A stretch of 63,999 nucleotides of DNA, filler included, from Reclinomonas americana ATCC 50394 (lineage: Eukaryota): assembly GCA_048213135.1 (NCBI GenBank). It is 10 parts of 5 records of this genome, joined end to end, with 100 filler letters (N's around TTAATTAATTAA, not from the genome) between each part and the next. Parts side by side here need not be neighbours in the genome. Positions count along the whole stretch, not along the records: positions 12,412 to 28,462 come from PS015642.1; 9 more parts are not named here. One strand, given 5' to 3'. The position numbers were made by a program, and so were the translations under genes. Under the pieces are notes generated by a model. It made no database searches and had not been told where the DNA came from. It worked only from the letters and a program-made list of their open reading frames with translations. Every line of letters begins with the position of its first letter. The stretch's first letter is position 1. Positions 13,299 to 25,644 of the stretch are shown here, in pieces.

Positions 13299-15063
13299 TC
13301 ATCGCGTCACTGTCGGTCTGCTGCTGCTGCCGCCGCTCGAGCTCCACGCAGCCGGGGCCAGTCGCTCACCGCCACTTCCTCCGCCACCACTACCACCACC
13401 ACCACCACCACCGTTGCCACTATGGCTGCTGCTTCCTCCCACCAGCGGAGTATGAATGACGCGCTTCGTGGCGCGTCGTGCCGTCTCGTCGGCCGCCACC
13501 GCCGACAGAATGGCTTCGGTGATGCGGGCGGTCAGGCCCCACATGATCAGGTCGCCCGGCATGTGAAACACGGGCCCCGAGTACGTGTAGCGCGAGGTGG
13601 GAATGTCGAACTTGGATTCGTAGTTCTGCGCGGGAGAGGACGTCAGTCGAAGGAGTGCGACGAAGGAGGCATGAACAACGCAACGTCCACCAAGTAGCGA
13701 ACGGTGGGCAGAAGCACGGCGTCGATCTCGGCCTCTGTGGGGGGAAGAGGAGTTAGTAACAGGGAGGAGAGAGAGGGGTCTGCAAGGGTTGGAGTAATGT
13801 AATGTCCTCACAACACTGCAACGAGGATAACCGTGGCGCAACTCTATTGACAGGAACACAGAGAGATTGAGAGAGACAGAGAGAATAGGGGGGTGAGAGA
13901 GAGAAGAAGGAGGAGGAGGTGGAGGAGGAGGAGAAGAAGAGGAAGAAAAGAAGAGGAGAAGAAGAGGAAGAAAAGTAGAAGAGGAAGAAGAAGAAGAAGA
14001 AGTAGAAGAAGAAGGAAGTGAGGACGAAGAGAAGAAGTAGAGGAAGAGGAAAAGAAGAAGGAAAAAAGAAGAAGAAGAGGGAAAGAGTGAGTGTGAGAGC
14101 CAGCGAGCGAGAGAAATTCAGACTCTTGTGTACACTAGGGCCCAGCACGGATGAACGCAAGAGAAAACGAGCGCGTCTGAGAGAGAAAACAACAAACACT
14201 AGTGTCTCAGCACGGAGAGAAAGGAAGAGAAATAAATGTTCGTTTGCATGAGAGAACAGTTGCTTTGTGCGCAAGGCGTCTGCACGGCGAGAAAGGAAGA
14301 GAAAAGAGTGTTCGTTTGAGAACAGTTGCGTTGTGCTCAAGGCGTCTGCACGGGAGAAAGGAAGAGAAATGAGTGTTCGTTTGCATGAGAGAACAGCTGC
14401 TTTGTGCGCAAGGCGTCTGCATAGACGAAGCAGAGAGTGTGAGTGTGCTTCTGCTTAAGAGAGCAGTTGCTTTGGCATAAGGTGTCTGCATGGACGAGCG
14501 AGAGAACTAAGAGGCAGAACAAAAGCGAGAGAACGAAAGTGAGACACAGCGTGAGAGGCAGAGAAAAGAAAGAGATGTAGAAGTGAACCGAGGCTTCTCC
14601 CTTCCCCTCTCCCTTCCCCCTCCCCCCCCCCCCCCTCCCCCCTCGCACCTTGCAAGGTCATCTGCGCCGGCACCAGCGTCCCATTCAACACAGCCACCAG
14701 CGGCGTCACATTGATATTCGTCGAAAACGTATTAAACAGTGGCAACTCGCCGCACACCATGAGCGGTGTCACCCGCAAACCCGTCTCCTCCAGTGTCTCC
14801 CGCGTCGCCGTCTGCAGCGGAGTCTCATTGCTCTGTTGCATGCCACCGGGAAGACCTGCGGAGAGCATGATGTCAAGATGCGAAGATGCGCGCAATGTCG
14901 AGCGAAAAAAGGAGAGGGAGAAAGGCAAAGCAGAGGAGTGCAAGAGGACACTTGTGCAACTTCTCTCTGTGTGTGCTGTGAGAGCAGTGACTGGTGAATA
15001 TGCGCACAATCGCACATACCCGTACTGCTGTCAGTCATTCAACAGTCTCTCTTCCTCTGCGCT

Positions 15064-15096
<33 letters not shown>

Positions 15097-15643
15097 CAAC
15101 GCAGTTGTCTTCCTGCTTTCAGATCAGTCTCTCTTGTTGCTGTCAGTCATTCAGTCTCTTCCTCGTGTCTGCTCACTTTCTCTTTCTCTGCCTCAGTCTC
15201 TCTCTCCCATCTCTCCCCGCTCTCTCAGTCTCACTCAGTCTCTGTCTCTCTCTTTCAACACTGTTGTCTTCCCGCCTTCCTGTCAGTGTCTCTCTCTTTC
15301 TTCTCCTCCCCTTCTCCTCCCCTTTCCCTCCCCTTCTCCTCCCCTTCTCCTCCCCTTCTCCTCCCCTTCTCCTACCAATCTCCCCCGCATGCAACCCTCC
15401 ATTCCTCGCCGCCCGCCTGACCAGCAACAGTGCAGGCACCTCCGGATCACTCTCACTGCGATGAAACACCGCAAACACCGCACTGCCTCGCTGAGCAGCA
15501 CCTCGCCCTCTGCTGCTTGTTGCCTGCGCAGCTGTTCTCTGCGAATCCTCGCGCCACAGAGAGGTGCGCACAGAGGGCCATCGAATGCGACTGAGCGCGT
15601 GCGAGAGCTCGGTGAAGGAGAGCGAGCGCATGAGGCACTGCAT
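13299..15643 (-). CDS. Nudix hydrolase, CoA diphosphatase (NUDT7/NUDT8-like), 4 exons
   Basis: LLLVRRAA...HAGEIG|LPGG, Nudix box GGMQQSNETPLQTATRETLEETGL, and IMWGLTARI. Confidence 0.9.
14190..14500. repeat. Degenerate intronic tandem repeat in the Nudix intron
   Basis: Recurring TGTTCGTTTG...GAGAACAG..GCTTTGTGCGCAAGGCGTCTGCA units. Confidence 0.75.
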
Positions 15644-16436
15644 GGCCTCTCTGTCGCTGATGCAGCAGTCGCGAGCTACTGGGAGGACATTGACTACAAA
15701 CGTCGCTCTTCAAGTGCTACTCCTCGTGAAGTAGGTGCGCGTGCAAGGTGAGCACTTTGTCGAGGAGGTTCCGAAGTTGGATGCTGAGGAGCGCTCTGCT
15801 GCGTGTCGTGATCGTGATACTAATCATGATATCGATATCGAATCGCGATCGCTCTCTCAGTTGCCTTGATTCTCCTGTCCGTCGCTCTCCCTCAAGCGCC
15901 GCAGAGAGCTACGCGGAGGAGAGCGAGTGGCACTACATGGGTTCTCACTGTTGCAGCAGTCGATACTGGGAGGATCCGAACGTTAACGCATTGGTGCTGG
16001 TCGTTCTTTCAGCGACTAGAGCAGCTGATGCATGTACAAGGTCGGCGCCATGTTGAGGAAGCGGCACCTGGATGTCAAGGAACGGTACATGAGGCGATCG
16101 ATCGCGCGGTTGCTGCTTGCGCAGGCTTTGCTTCTCCGGACTCTCTCTCCTCCTCCACTGCTGGAGCGAGCTACATACGAGGCACTACAAGGCTCAGAGG
16201 GTGCTCTGAAGCAGACGATGGAGACAAGGATACTGTTGCGCTTTGGGCGCCGGCATCAAGACAGCTGTTGCTTGCTTGTTGGTGGAATGAATTGTTGTTT
16301 GCTATTATTCGGGCAACTGTTCTTGCCCCTCCCTCCCTCTCCTCTCCTCTCCCCCATTCGCTCCTTACTCTCCCTCTCGCCGCACTTCTCTCCTCCCTCA
16401 TCCCCTCCTTTCCCTTCGCTCCTTCTTTCCTTCTCT

Positions 16437-17486
16437 TCACTCCCACCAATCAATAGCCATCGGTTCCCGCACCCCACGCGGCCTCACCGGTCGTCGCCGA
16501 CTGGCGGAGGCCATGATCAGATCCTCCGCATCGGCCTCGGCCTCGGCCATGTCATCCCTCTCGTCGAACTCGCTGCGCAAGTCGTGCATGCGCAGCTCCA
16601 GCTCCTCCACCTCCTCTTCCTCCCCTTCTTCCTCCTCCTCGCCCTCCTCCTCGTCCTCCTCCGCCATCTTCCGCTGCTCCAGGCGCCTGGCTCGGGCGCG
16701 GAAATCCATCTCCGTCTCGGTCCACACGCACTTGTCGGGCGGTGGTCGCAGGCTGTCGGCACGCACCGGCAGCTGCCAGCGCGCCAAGTGACAGAGAACG
16801 CGCTCGGCCGACTCGCTGCATCGCGCGTGCTTGCCGAGGTGCTCAATGTGGGCGCGCACTCGACGGGAGGAGAGTGCGGCGAGGAGTTGTGGAGCTGCGC
16901 AGGAGGAGTAAGAAAACCGATGGTGGGAGGCAACGGATGACGAGACACACACACACCCCACGGCGCCAGCGCATCCACCAAATCGAGAATGCGACTGGCT
17001 TTCGCGACATGCGAGTCCTGCATCAGCAGGAACACGATACCGCCGACGGAAGCCAGCTGCGCAATGGCCCGCGCAAACACATTGTCGTGCACTGCCGTGT
17101 GGCGTGAGTCGTGCGAGGGACTGGGACCGAGAGACAAGTGTACGAAACAGGCGCACGACACGAGCGTGGCACATGCGTAGACGGACTGCGCGAGGCGCGG
17201 GGCGCCCTCTGGTGGCAGAAAAGTGCACAGCATGGCCAGACCACCGGCCTCCACCAGCCGGAGCACGGCGTGGCGGTGCGTGTAGCGGCACGATTCTAAT
17301 AAAGTGAGGCGATGGGAGAACAGGGGAGAATCGGGGAGGGCAGGCGCGCACCTTGAATGGCCTTTTGGATAACAAACAGGATAAAGGCGCGCATGTTCTC
17401 GGAGGTGGAGTCGCGGCGGAGGACGGTGAAGAGATCGGAGAAGGAGTGGATGACGGCGTCGATGCTCCCGACTGCGAAATGAAGGG

Positions 17487-17540
<54 letters not shown>

Positions 17541-20435
17541 GAGAGAGAAGAAGTAAGTAGTAGTAGTAGTAGAGAGAGAGAGAGAGTAGTGTGTAGTAAG
17601 AAGAAGAAGAAGAGAGTAGTAGTTGTCGACGACGACGACGTAGGTAGGTAGGGTAGGGAAGTAGGTAAGGTAAGNNNNNNNNNNNNNNNNNNNNNNNNNN
17701 NNNNNNNNNNNNNNNNNNNNNNNNNNNNNNNNNNNNNNNNNNNNNNNNNNNNNNNNNNNNNNNNNNNNNNNNNNNNNNNNNNNNNNNNNNNNNNNNNNNN
17801 NNNNNNNNNNNNNNNNNNNNNNNNNNNNNNNNNNNNNNNNNNNNNNNNNNNNNNNNNNNNNNNNNNNNNNNNNNNNNNNNNNNNNNNNNNNNNNNNNNNN
17901 NNNNNNNNNNNNNNNNNNNNNNNNNNNNNNNNNNNNNNNNNNNNNNNNNNNNNNNNNNNNNNNNNNNNNNNNNNNNNNNNNNNNNNNNNNNNNNNNNNNN
18001 NNNNNNNNNNNNNNNNNNNNNNNNNNNNNNNNNNNNNNNNNNNNNNNNNNNNNNNNNNNNNNNNNNNNNNNNNNNNNNNNNNNNNNNNNNNNNNNNNNNN
18101 NNNNNNNNNNNNNNNNNNNNNNNNNNNNNNNNNNNNNNNNNNNNNNNNNNNNNNNNNNNNNNNNNNNNNNNNNNNNNNNNNNNNNNNNNNNNNNNNNNNN
18201 NNNNNNNNNNNNNNNNNNNNNNNNNNNNNNNNNNNNNNNNNNNNNNNNNNNNNNNNNNNNNNNNNNNNNNNNNNNNNNNNNNNNNNNNNNNNNNNNNNNN
18301 NNNNNNNNNNNNNNNNNNNNNNNNNNNNNNNNNNNNNNNNNNNNNNNNNNNNNNNNNNNNNNNNNNNNNNNNNNNNNNNNNNNNNNNNNNNNNNNNNNNN
18401 NNNNNNNNNNNNNNNNNNNNNNNNNNNNNNNNNNNNNNNNNNNNNNNNNNNNNNNNNNNNNNNNNNNNNNNNNNNNNNNNNNNNNNNNNNNNNNNNNNNN
18501 NNNAGAGAGAGAGAGGGAGGAAGCAGAAAGAGAATTTAGTGAATAGTCAAGGGCAAGTGGAAGAGATGTTGTCGTGTAACAAAGAGAACAGAAGGCATTG
18601 TTTGCGCAACAGCTGGAAGTGGGAGAATGGAGTAATGTAGGAGAAGTGGGAAGGGAAGGGAAAGGGTAAATATATCATTATCACCGAGAACCATCATCGC
18701 TTGGACAAGTGAAAGGAAACGGTGGTCAATGAAGTAGCCCCACCGTTGTCACCAACGTGAGAAATAACATCCGTTGCTCTGTCAAGAAGAGGGGAGGGAC
18801 AACTGACACACAAGGCGAGAAAGTGACGCTGGTGTACGCTCGATCACGTAAACGCACATTTCGAGCGACAGGAATGGGCGTGAGTGCTACTCTCCTCCCT
18901 TCCCCTCTCCTCCCTCCTCTCCTCCCTCCTCTCTTTCTCCCCTTCCCATTCCCACCCACCTGCTGGCGCCTCTCGCATCTCAAAACACTTGGCCATCAGT
19001 GCTGACGCGTAAAATCGCACATCGTCGTCAAAGTCGGCGCCGTACTCGCCGGGTGGGGCGGTCACCAGGCGCAGGAGGGTCGGTGGGCCGTGGCGGTGCA
19101 TGAAGCGTGAGTAGTGGCCTGTGAGGACAGGAGAAGGGAAGTGAGGGGTGGGAGAGGGGGAGGGTGGGAGAGGGAGGGTGGGAGAGGGAGGGAGGGAAGG
19201 AGGGAAGGAGAGCGAATAGGGCAAGTGATTGCGAGGACTGAGACGAAGACTGAAGGCGTCAACGAGAGATGACGAGAGTGCAAGGAAACAATGCAAGGCA
19301 CGAAAGAACAAAAATCAATGAGGAAGTAAAGTCAGAGAGTTTACGAAGCAACAAGCAACTCATGAAAGAAAAGCGAATAGACGCAACAAGCCGGGCATGA
19401 ACATAGCGGATAGAGAGCGATTGCCAAAGTAGACACGGATGCCAGGAATGGCACGACAACAACACGACGACGCAGAAAGTCAAGAGGACAGTGGAAGAGG
19501 AGGGATGACCCTGCAAGGCACCCACAGAGAATGTCCTCGGAAAGGAAAGATGAACAGAACTGAGACAACAACAAGGGTGGTCGACGAGTGCAAAACATTG
19601 TTCAGGAGAGAGGCTCGTCGCAAGGAAGGCGCCCACAGAGAGCGTCCTCGGGAAACAAAAAGATGGACACAACTGAGATAACGGCGAAAGGGAACGTCAA
19701 GCCGTGGGAGAGGAGAATGCCAACGAGAGAAAACGAGAGATGCGACTCAGGGAGTCTTGCGGACACAACAAGATGAACACCGCTGAGGCAGAGATCGACA
19801 AGGTTTACAGAGAACGGAGGCAGAACACGTGACCATGGGAGAGGAGGAGCAAACGAGCCAGCGGAAACAACAAGACGGACGCAACTGCGATGAGGTTGCA
19901 GAAAACGGAGGAAGAACAGAGGACCATGGGAGAGGAAGAGGCACACAACAGGGAGTTCAGCGGAACAAGATGTACACAAGTGAGGCAGAGAACGACAAGG
20001 CTGACAGAAGGGAGACAGAACAGAGGACCATGGAGAGGGAGAACAGGGAGAGGCACGAAATGCGGAAACAACAAGATGGACACCACTGCCACGGGAAGAG
20101 CGAAGAGGCGGCCAGGGGAGTTAATCCAATGAGAGCAGTGGGTGGCCTCCAAACACCACACGAAAGAACACGAGCAACAAATGAGAGGAAAGAGAACAAC
20201 TGACGATGACGACAAGAATCTGTACTCTTCTCACTCCTCCCTTTCTCCCTCCCTCCCTCTTACTCCCTCCCTCTCACTCACCAAAGTTCGTCAAGTACTT
20301 TTTCAGCGCGTGCACCAAGTGATGATCGCGCTCCCTCAACTCGCCCTCATCCAAGCCCTTCGGGAGACCGATCGCCAGCGAGCACATGCGAACAATACGC
20401 CATCCCGACGGTGGTGGCAATCCGTATTCCTCGGG
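16437..20435 (-). CDS. ARM/helical-repeat-like protein with an acidic C-terminal region; multi-exon, ends uncertain
   Basis: Coding-like exons at about 20281-20435, 18960-19119, 17352-17472, 16955-17295 (RLVEAGGLAMLC) and 16440-16870 (poly-E). Confidence 0.5.
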
Positions 20436-21215
20436 GAGAACAGAACGCGAGAGAGAGCACGAGCATCCCATGTTGTCTGTGCTCTCACACTCTCTTTTAG
20501 ATCACTGATTGCTGTCTTTTGTGGCCGCGAATCACGACGACAAGTGCATCTGTCATATGCGTTCACATCCAATCTGTGGTGAGCTTTTCTGGCGACCACA
20601 GATGCCCCGTGTGATTGTGGGGGAGCGAGAGTGGGAGAAGGCTCTCTGTGTGCTCCAGCGTGGGTGCGTGTGTGAGAAACAAGTGAGCGGACACATGAAC
20701 GTCGCGAGCGGTGTTCGGTTCGGGCTCGTAACGCTGCCCACTGTTTTCCTCCTGCTGTCTGCTGCCATTTGTGATTGTGAGTGAACTCGCAAACGGTGCA
20801 CCTTGCCAATGGGCTGTCGGTTGCGTGAGCTCGAATATTGAGATCACGACTTCGCGTTCGTATGCAATTGCCGCTGCGATGCTGCAGCTGCGATCTGCGA
20901 GACACCACCTGCTGCTGGCTCGATGGCTCTTATGGCTTGATGCCACTCAATGTATTTATCATGGAGGCGGAGACAGGTGGCGAGGAGACTGAGGGGAGTT
21001 GAACCCTACGGCCTTCTTCATCGTCAAGAGGCTCGCTGTCCGAGTCGGATCCGGAACTGCTGAAGTTGTTGTCGTGGGAAGGCTGGTGCACGGACAGGCG
21101 ACACCGGGGCACTCTGGGGAGCGCTCCAAAGAAAATTCCTCAGTTTGTCGCGCCAAAGTCACCAGCAGCAGGTGGTGCCTCACATAGAAGCACACTTATC
21201 TCTCTATATTACTAT

Positions 21216-21905
21216 TCACACTTTCAATCCTGAACTGCAATCGCCACTCGTCGCGCACACAGTATTAGTGACCGGCGGCACCACTCCAGCTTTGAGGCAG
21301 CACGTCCCCGTTGAAGACGTGTAAGTCCAGCTCCCGCACGCCGCCTCGGCGGAGCACGCCACCGAGCAAGCTTGTGGTCCTCCGTACAAGTCGCTGTTGC
21401 AGCTCACATCCACACCACCTGTTCGAGCTATATGCACACGATACACACCACCTTTACATCAGCACAGGTATTGAAGGATTACGTGACAGCACACACACAC
21501 ACACACACACGCAACCAGAATAGATCTCAAAGTTCCAGCTGTCATACTTGGCCGCGAGTGTTTTCTTGCCCGACGACATGCAATAATGGGACCCACAGAT
21601 GTTGCTGGTCTCAGCATTGGCCACTGTGGCTGGAACAGTGGACTGGAAACTCTCAAGGATGAGCACGTGATGGCAACAAAAACCAATTCGCGCCAACATC
21701 CAACAACGTAATTAACCTGGAGCTTGCACAAATTGACACCGTCCGCGTTGCTGGCCGCTGCTCCATCCAAAAACGTCCATGATCGACACACCGGGTCGCG
21801 ATCACACAGGTCGCAGCACGCCAGCTCGTGCGCAACTCCCGTGTGCACCGTGTACACACTCCCTGGCCGGTCAACGGCTTCGATTGCGCACACCTCCAGA
21901 CCCAC
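21216..21905 (-). CDS. PAN/Apple (PAN_4)-domain protein, 3' exons; 5' end probably extends toward about 22400
   Basis: Two motifs: CCDLCDRDPVCRSWTF...CKLQ and CSVACSAEAACGSWTY...CCLK...SG. Confidence 0.7.
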
Positions 21906-22413
21906 TGTCGCACAACGCACCTCGCATAAGTCGAAGCGATACAAGCCCCAGATTGTGCAGCTCAGAAAGGAAACAGTATAGCTCTGCACAGCACTCCAGT
22001 GTTCCTTGTCTTGCACGAATCACGATCCAATTCGTCGCAATGTCTCGCTCACACTCACTACAGCTGTGACCCTTTTCACAACAATGGTTCTACGATGAAA
22101 AGAAGAACTGGAAAGGATACGATCGTGAGAGACTTTCCATCAATGTCTCTTCTCTTGCTGCTCTGGCTATATACTCTAACGTCTGCGTAACACCTGCAAG
22201 AGTGTGGTGCGCAACAACAGAAAGACCATGGGAACACGACAACAAAAAACGCCCACCAACAAACCTGGCCCCTCAAACTCGCGCATATCGTTGCATGACG
22301 TTCCTGAATATCAGTCAACACCACACAGCACACGCACAGCAGAAAGTCAGCATTTTTCTTCCGCGAATCAAACAGCAGAACTTGAAGGGTCTCTCTTCTT
22401 CTCTCTCGTTAAC

Positions 22414-25032
22414 ATGGTGGGCATGTTCAACGGGGCGACGGCGTTCAACCAGAGCATTAGTGGATGGAACACTGCTGCCGTCACCAACATGTCGTACATG
22501 TTCCAGGGAGCAACCGCGTTCAACCAGAACATTGGCGGATGGACCACCGCTGCCGTCGCCACCATGTTGTACATGTTTCAGGGGGCAACGGCGTTCAACC
22601 AGAACATTGGCGGGTGGAACACTGCTGCCGTCACCACCATGGCGAGCATGTTCAACGGAGCGACGGCGTTTAATCAGAACATTGGCGGGTGGAACACCGC
22701 TGCCGTCACCAACATGTCGAACATGTTCCAGGGGGCGACGTCATTCAACCAGAACATTAGCGGATGGAACACAGCTGCCGTCACCAACATGGTGGGCATG
22801 TTCTACGGGGCGACGGCGTTCAACCAGAACATTGGCGGATGGAACACTGCTGCCGTCGCCAACATGTCGTACATGTTCCAGGGAGCAACCGCGTTCAACC
22901 AGAACATTGGCGGATGGAACACTGCTGCCGTCGCCACCATGTTGTACATGTTTCAGGGGGCAACGGCGTTCAATCAGGACATTAGCGGGTGGAACACCGC
23001 TGCCGTCACCAACATGTCGAACATGTTCAACGGAGCGACGGCGTTCAACCAGAACATTGGTGGATGGAACACTGCTGCCGTCACCAACATGGCGGGCATG
23101 TTCAACGGGGCGTTGGCGTTCAACGAGAACATTGGCGGATGGAATACTGCTGCTGTCACCAACATGTCGAGCATGTTCAACGGGGCAGCGGCATTCAACC
23201 AGAACTGTAGTGGATGGAACACTGCTGCCGTCACCAACATGTCGAACATGTTCAACGGGGCGACGGTTTTTAACGGTGACATTAGCGGGTGGAGCACCGC
23301 TGCCGTCATCAACATGTCGAGCATATTCTACGGGGCAACGTCATTCAACGGTAACATTGGCGGATGGAACACTGCCGCCGTCACCAACATGTCGAGCATG
23401 TTCTACGAGGCGACGGCGTTCAACCAGAGCATTGGCGGATGGATCACTGCTGCCGTTACCGATATGTCGGCCATGTTCCAGGGGGCAGCGGCATTCAACG
23501 GTGACATTAGCGGGTGGAACACTGCTGCCGTCACCACCATGACGAACATGTTCTACTTGGCGGCGGCATTCAATCGGAACATTGGCGGGTGGAATGTGGC
23601 CCAAGTGACCTCGATGAACAACATGTTGGACAACAGCGGCCTCAGTGTGCCCAACTTCAATGCCATTCTGGTCGGCTGGGCCGCTCAAAACGTCAAGTTA
23701 GCCGTCACGCTGGGGGCCTCTGGCGTGTATTACGGTCCCACTGGAAGCACCGCCCGCAGCTGGCTGATCGCTTCCAAAATGTGGTCCATTACCGCGAGCG
23801 CGAACACCGCTCCGGCACTGACTGGAGCGAACGCACTGAGTGCCATCACCGAGGATCAGACCAGCAACTCGGGCGACTTGGTGTCGGCAGTCGTCAGTGG
23901 ACGTGTGACAGATCCCGATGCGTCGCGCGCGTCGGCAAAGGGCGTTGCCGTGACGGCTGTCAGTGTCACAGGCAGTGGTGTATGGCAGTACTCGCTGGAC
24001 AATGGCAGCTCATGGAGCAGCATGCCTGGCGGCCTGAGCAACACGATGGCGCTGTTGCTGCGAGACACTGACAGGGTTCGGTTCTTGCCAGACATTGCCA
24101 TTGGTGGCGCAGCGGGGGTGACTTTCCGTGCCTGGGACCAGACTGACGGAGGTGCAGCAGGGTCGCAGGCAGACGCGAGCTCGAACGGTGGGCTGACGGC
24201 CTTCAGCTCAGCGGTGCAGACTGCCTCGCTGACGGTGACCAGCATCAACGACGCGCCGGTCGCCGCCTCGGTCAGCTCTTCTGCCACGTACTATGCAGGC
24301 GGCAGCGGCATTGCGCTCGTCAGCAGTATGACAATCTCCGACGCGGAGCTGAGCCTTCTCAACAACTTTTCTGGTGCGACATTCACGGTGACGCGTGATG
24401 GCGGTGCCAGTGTGCAGGACGTGTTTTCCGCCGTGGGCACTCTTGGAGCACTAACTGAGGGCGGCACGTGTACTGTTGGCGGCACGGTCATTGGCACAGT
24501 CACGACCAACAGTGGTGGCACGCTTGTGCTCACATTCGATGCCAGCGCGACAAACGCGCTGGTGAATGCAGCGATGCAGCAGGTAGCGTACGCAAACCCC
24601 AGTGCTGCACCTGCGTCGACGGCGCTGATGCGGTGGACCTTCAGCGATGGCAACTCTGGCGGAGCACAGGGTACAGGTGGTGTTCTGAGTGCCACAGGCA
24701 CCGTGCTTGTGACGGTGGCTATGCCGCCCGCGCCAGTGTTTATCAACTTGACTCCGGGAACGTACACGCCACCGTCTGTTGCTCAGGTTGTGGTGGGCGC
24801 GCTGAGCGTGCCGTCGCCCGTGGTCACTGGCCAGTCGTACACGTTTTCGATAGTGGGCGGACCACACGGTGCCTGGTTCAACATTTCTGGAGGCAACCAA
24901 CTGCGCATCACTGCGGCTGGGCGGACTGGTCGGTGGCTGAGTGTCACGGTCGTTGCCACGAATACGAACTTGCCGAGTCTGACGGTGACGCGGACGCTGA
25001 CGGTTTCGCGAGCGATAGGTTTGTTCCAGTAG
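22414..25032 (+). CDS. Intronless bacterial-type surface protein: about 16 BspA/DUF285 25-aa repeats plus Ig/cadherin-like adhesin domains
   Basis: 75-bp repeats encoding MFxGATAFNQNIGGWNTAAVTNM, followed by WQYSLDNG...FRAWDQT and ISDAEL...WTFSDGN modules typical of large bacterial adhesins. The ORF starts mid-repeat. Confidence 0.88.
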   Translation: MVGMFNGATAFNQSISGWNTAAVTNMSYMFQGATAFNQNIGGWTTAAVATMLYMFQGATAFNQNIGGWNTAAVTTMASMFNGATAFNQNIGGWNTAAVTNMSNMFQGATSFNQNISGWNTAAVTNMVGMFYGATAFNQNIGGWNTAAVANMSYMFQGATAFNQNIGGWNTAAVATMLYMFQGATAFNQDISGWNTAAVTNMSNMFNGATAFNQNIGGWNTAAVTNMAGMFNGALAFNENIGGWNTAAVTNMSSMFNGAAAFNQNCSGWNTAAVTNMSNMFNGATVFNGDISGWSTAAVINMSSIFYGATSFNGNIGGWNTAAVTNMSSMFYEATAFNQSIGGWITAAVTDMSAMFQGAAAFNGDISGWNTAAVTTMTNMFYLAAAFNRNIGGWNVAQVTSMNNMLDNSGLSVPNFNAILVGWAAQNVKLAVTLGASGVYYGPTGSTARSWLIASKMWSITASANTAPALTGANALSAITEDQTSNSGDLVSAVVSGRVTDPDASRASAKGVAVTAVSVTGSGVWQYSLDNGSSWSSMPGGLSNTMALLLRDTDRVRFLPDIAIGGAAGVTFRAWDQTDGGAAGSQADASSNGGLTAFSSAVQTASLTVTSINDAPVAASVSSSATYYAGGSGIALVSSMTISDAELSLLNNFSGATFTVTRDGGASVQDVFSAVGTLGALTEGGTCTVGGTVIGTVTTNSGGTLVLTFDASATNALVNAAMQQVAYANPSAAPASTALMRWTFSDGNSGGAQGTGGVLSATGTVLVTVAMPPAPVFINLTPGTYTPPSVAQVVVGALSVPSPVVTGQSYTFSIVGGPHGAWFNISGGNQLRITAAGRTGRWLSVTVVATNTNLPSLTVTRTLTVSRAIGLFQ

Positions 25033-25042
25033 AAGTAGCGTG

Positions 25043-25087
<45 letters not shown>

Positions 25088-25644
25088 GCCCTATCACAAC
25101 ACTGAACCAAATCTTGGATAAAGTTATCCCCGTTATTTTTTTTACTTACTCCCCGTATTTAAAAACGAAAAAAANNNNNNNNNNNNNNNNNNNNNNNNNN
25201 NNNNNNNNNNNNNNNNNNNNNNNNNNNNNNNNNNNNNNNNNNNNNNNNNNNNNNNNNNNNNNNNNNNNNNNNNNNNNNNNNNNNNNNNNNNNNNNNNNNN
25301 NNNNNNNNNNNNNNNNNNNNNNNNNNNNNNNNNNNNNNNNNNNNNNNNNNNNNNNNNNNNNNNNNNNNNNNNNNNNNNNNNNNNNNNNNNNNNNNNNNNN
25401 NNNNNNNNNNNNNNNNNNNNNNNNNNNNNNNNNNNNNNNNNNNNNNNNNNNNNNNNNNNNNNNNNNNNNNNNNNNNNNNNNNNNNNNNNNNNNNNNNNNN
25501 NNNNNNNNNNNNNNNNNNNNNNNNNNNNNNNNNNNNNNNNNNNNNNNNNNNNNNNNNNNNNNNNNNNNNNNNNNNNNNNNNNNNNNNNNNNNNNNNNNNN
25601 NNNNNNNNNNNNNNNNNNNNNNNNNNNNNNNNNNNNNNNNNNNN

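Noticed and set aside
22202..23542. 446-aa overlapping ORF in another frame
   Set aside because: Shadow frame of the 75-bp BspA repeats.
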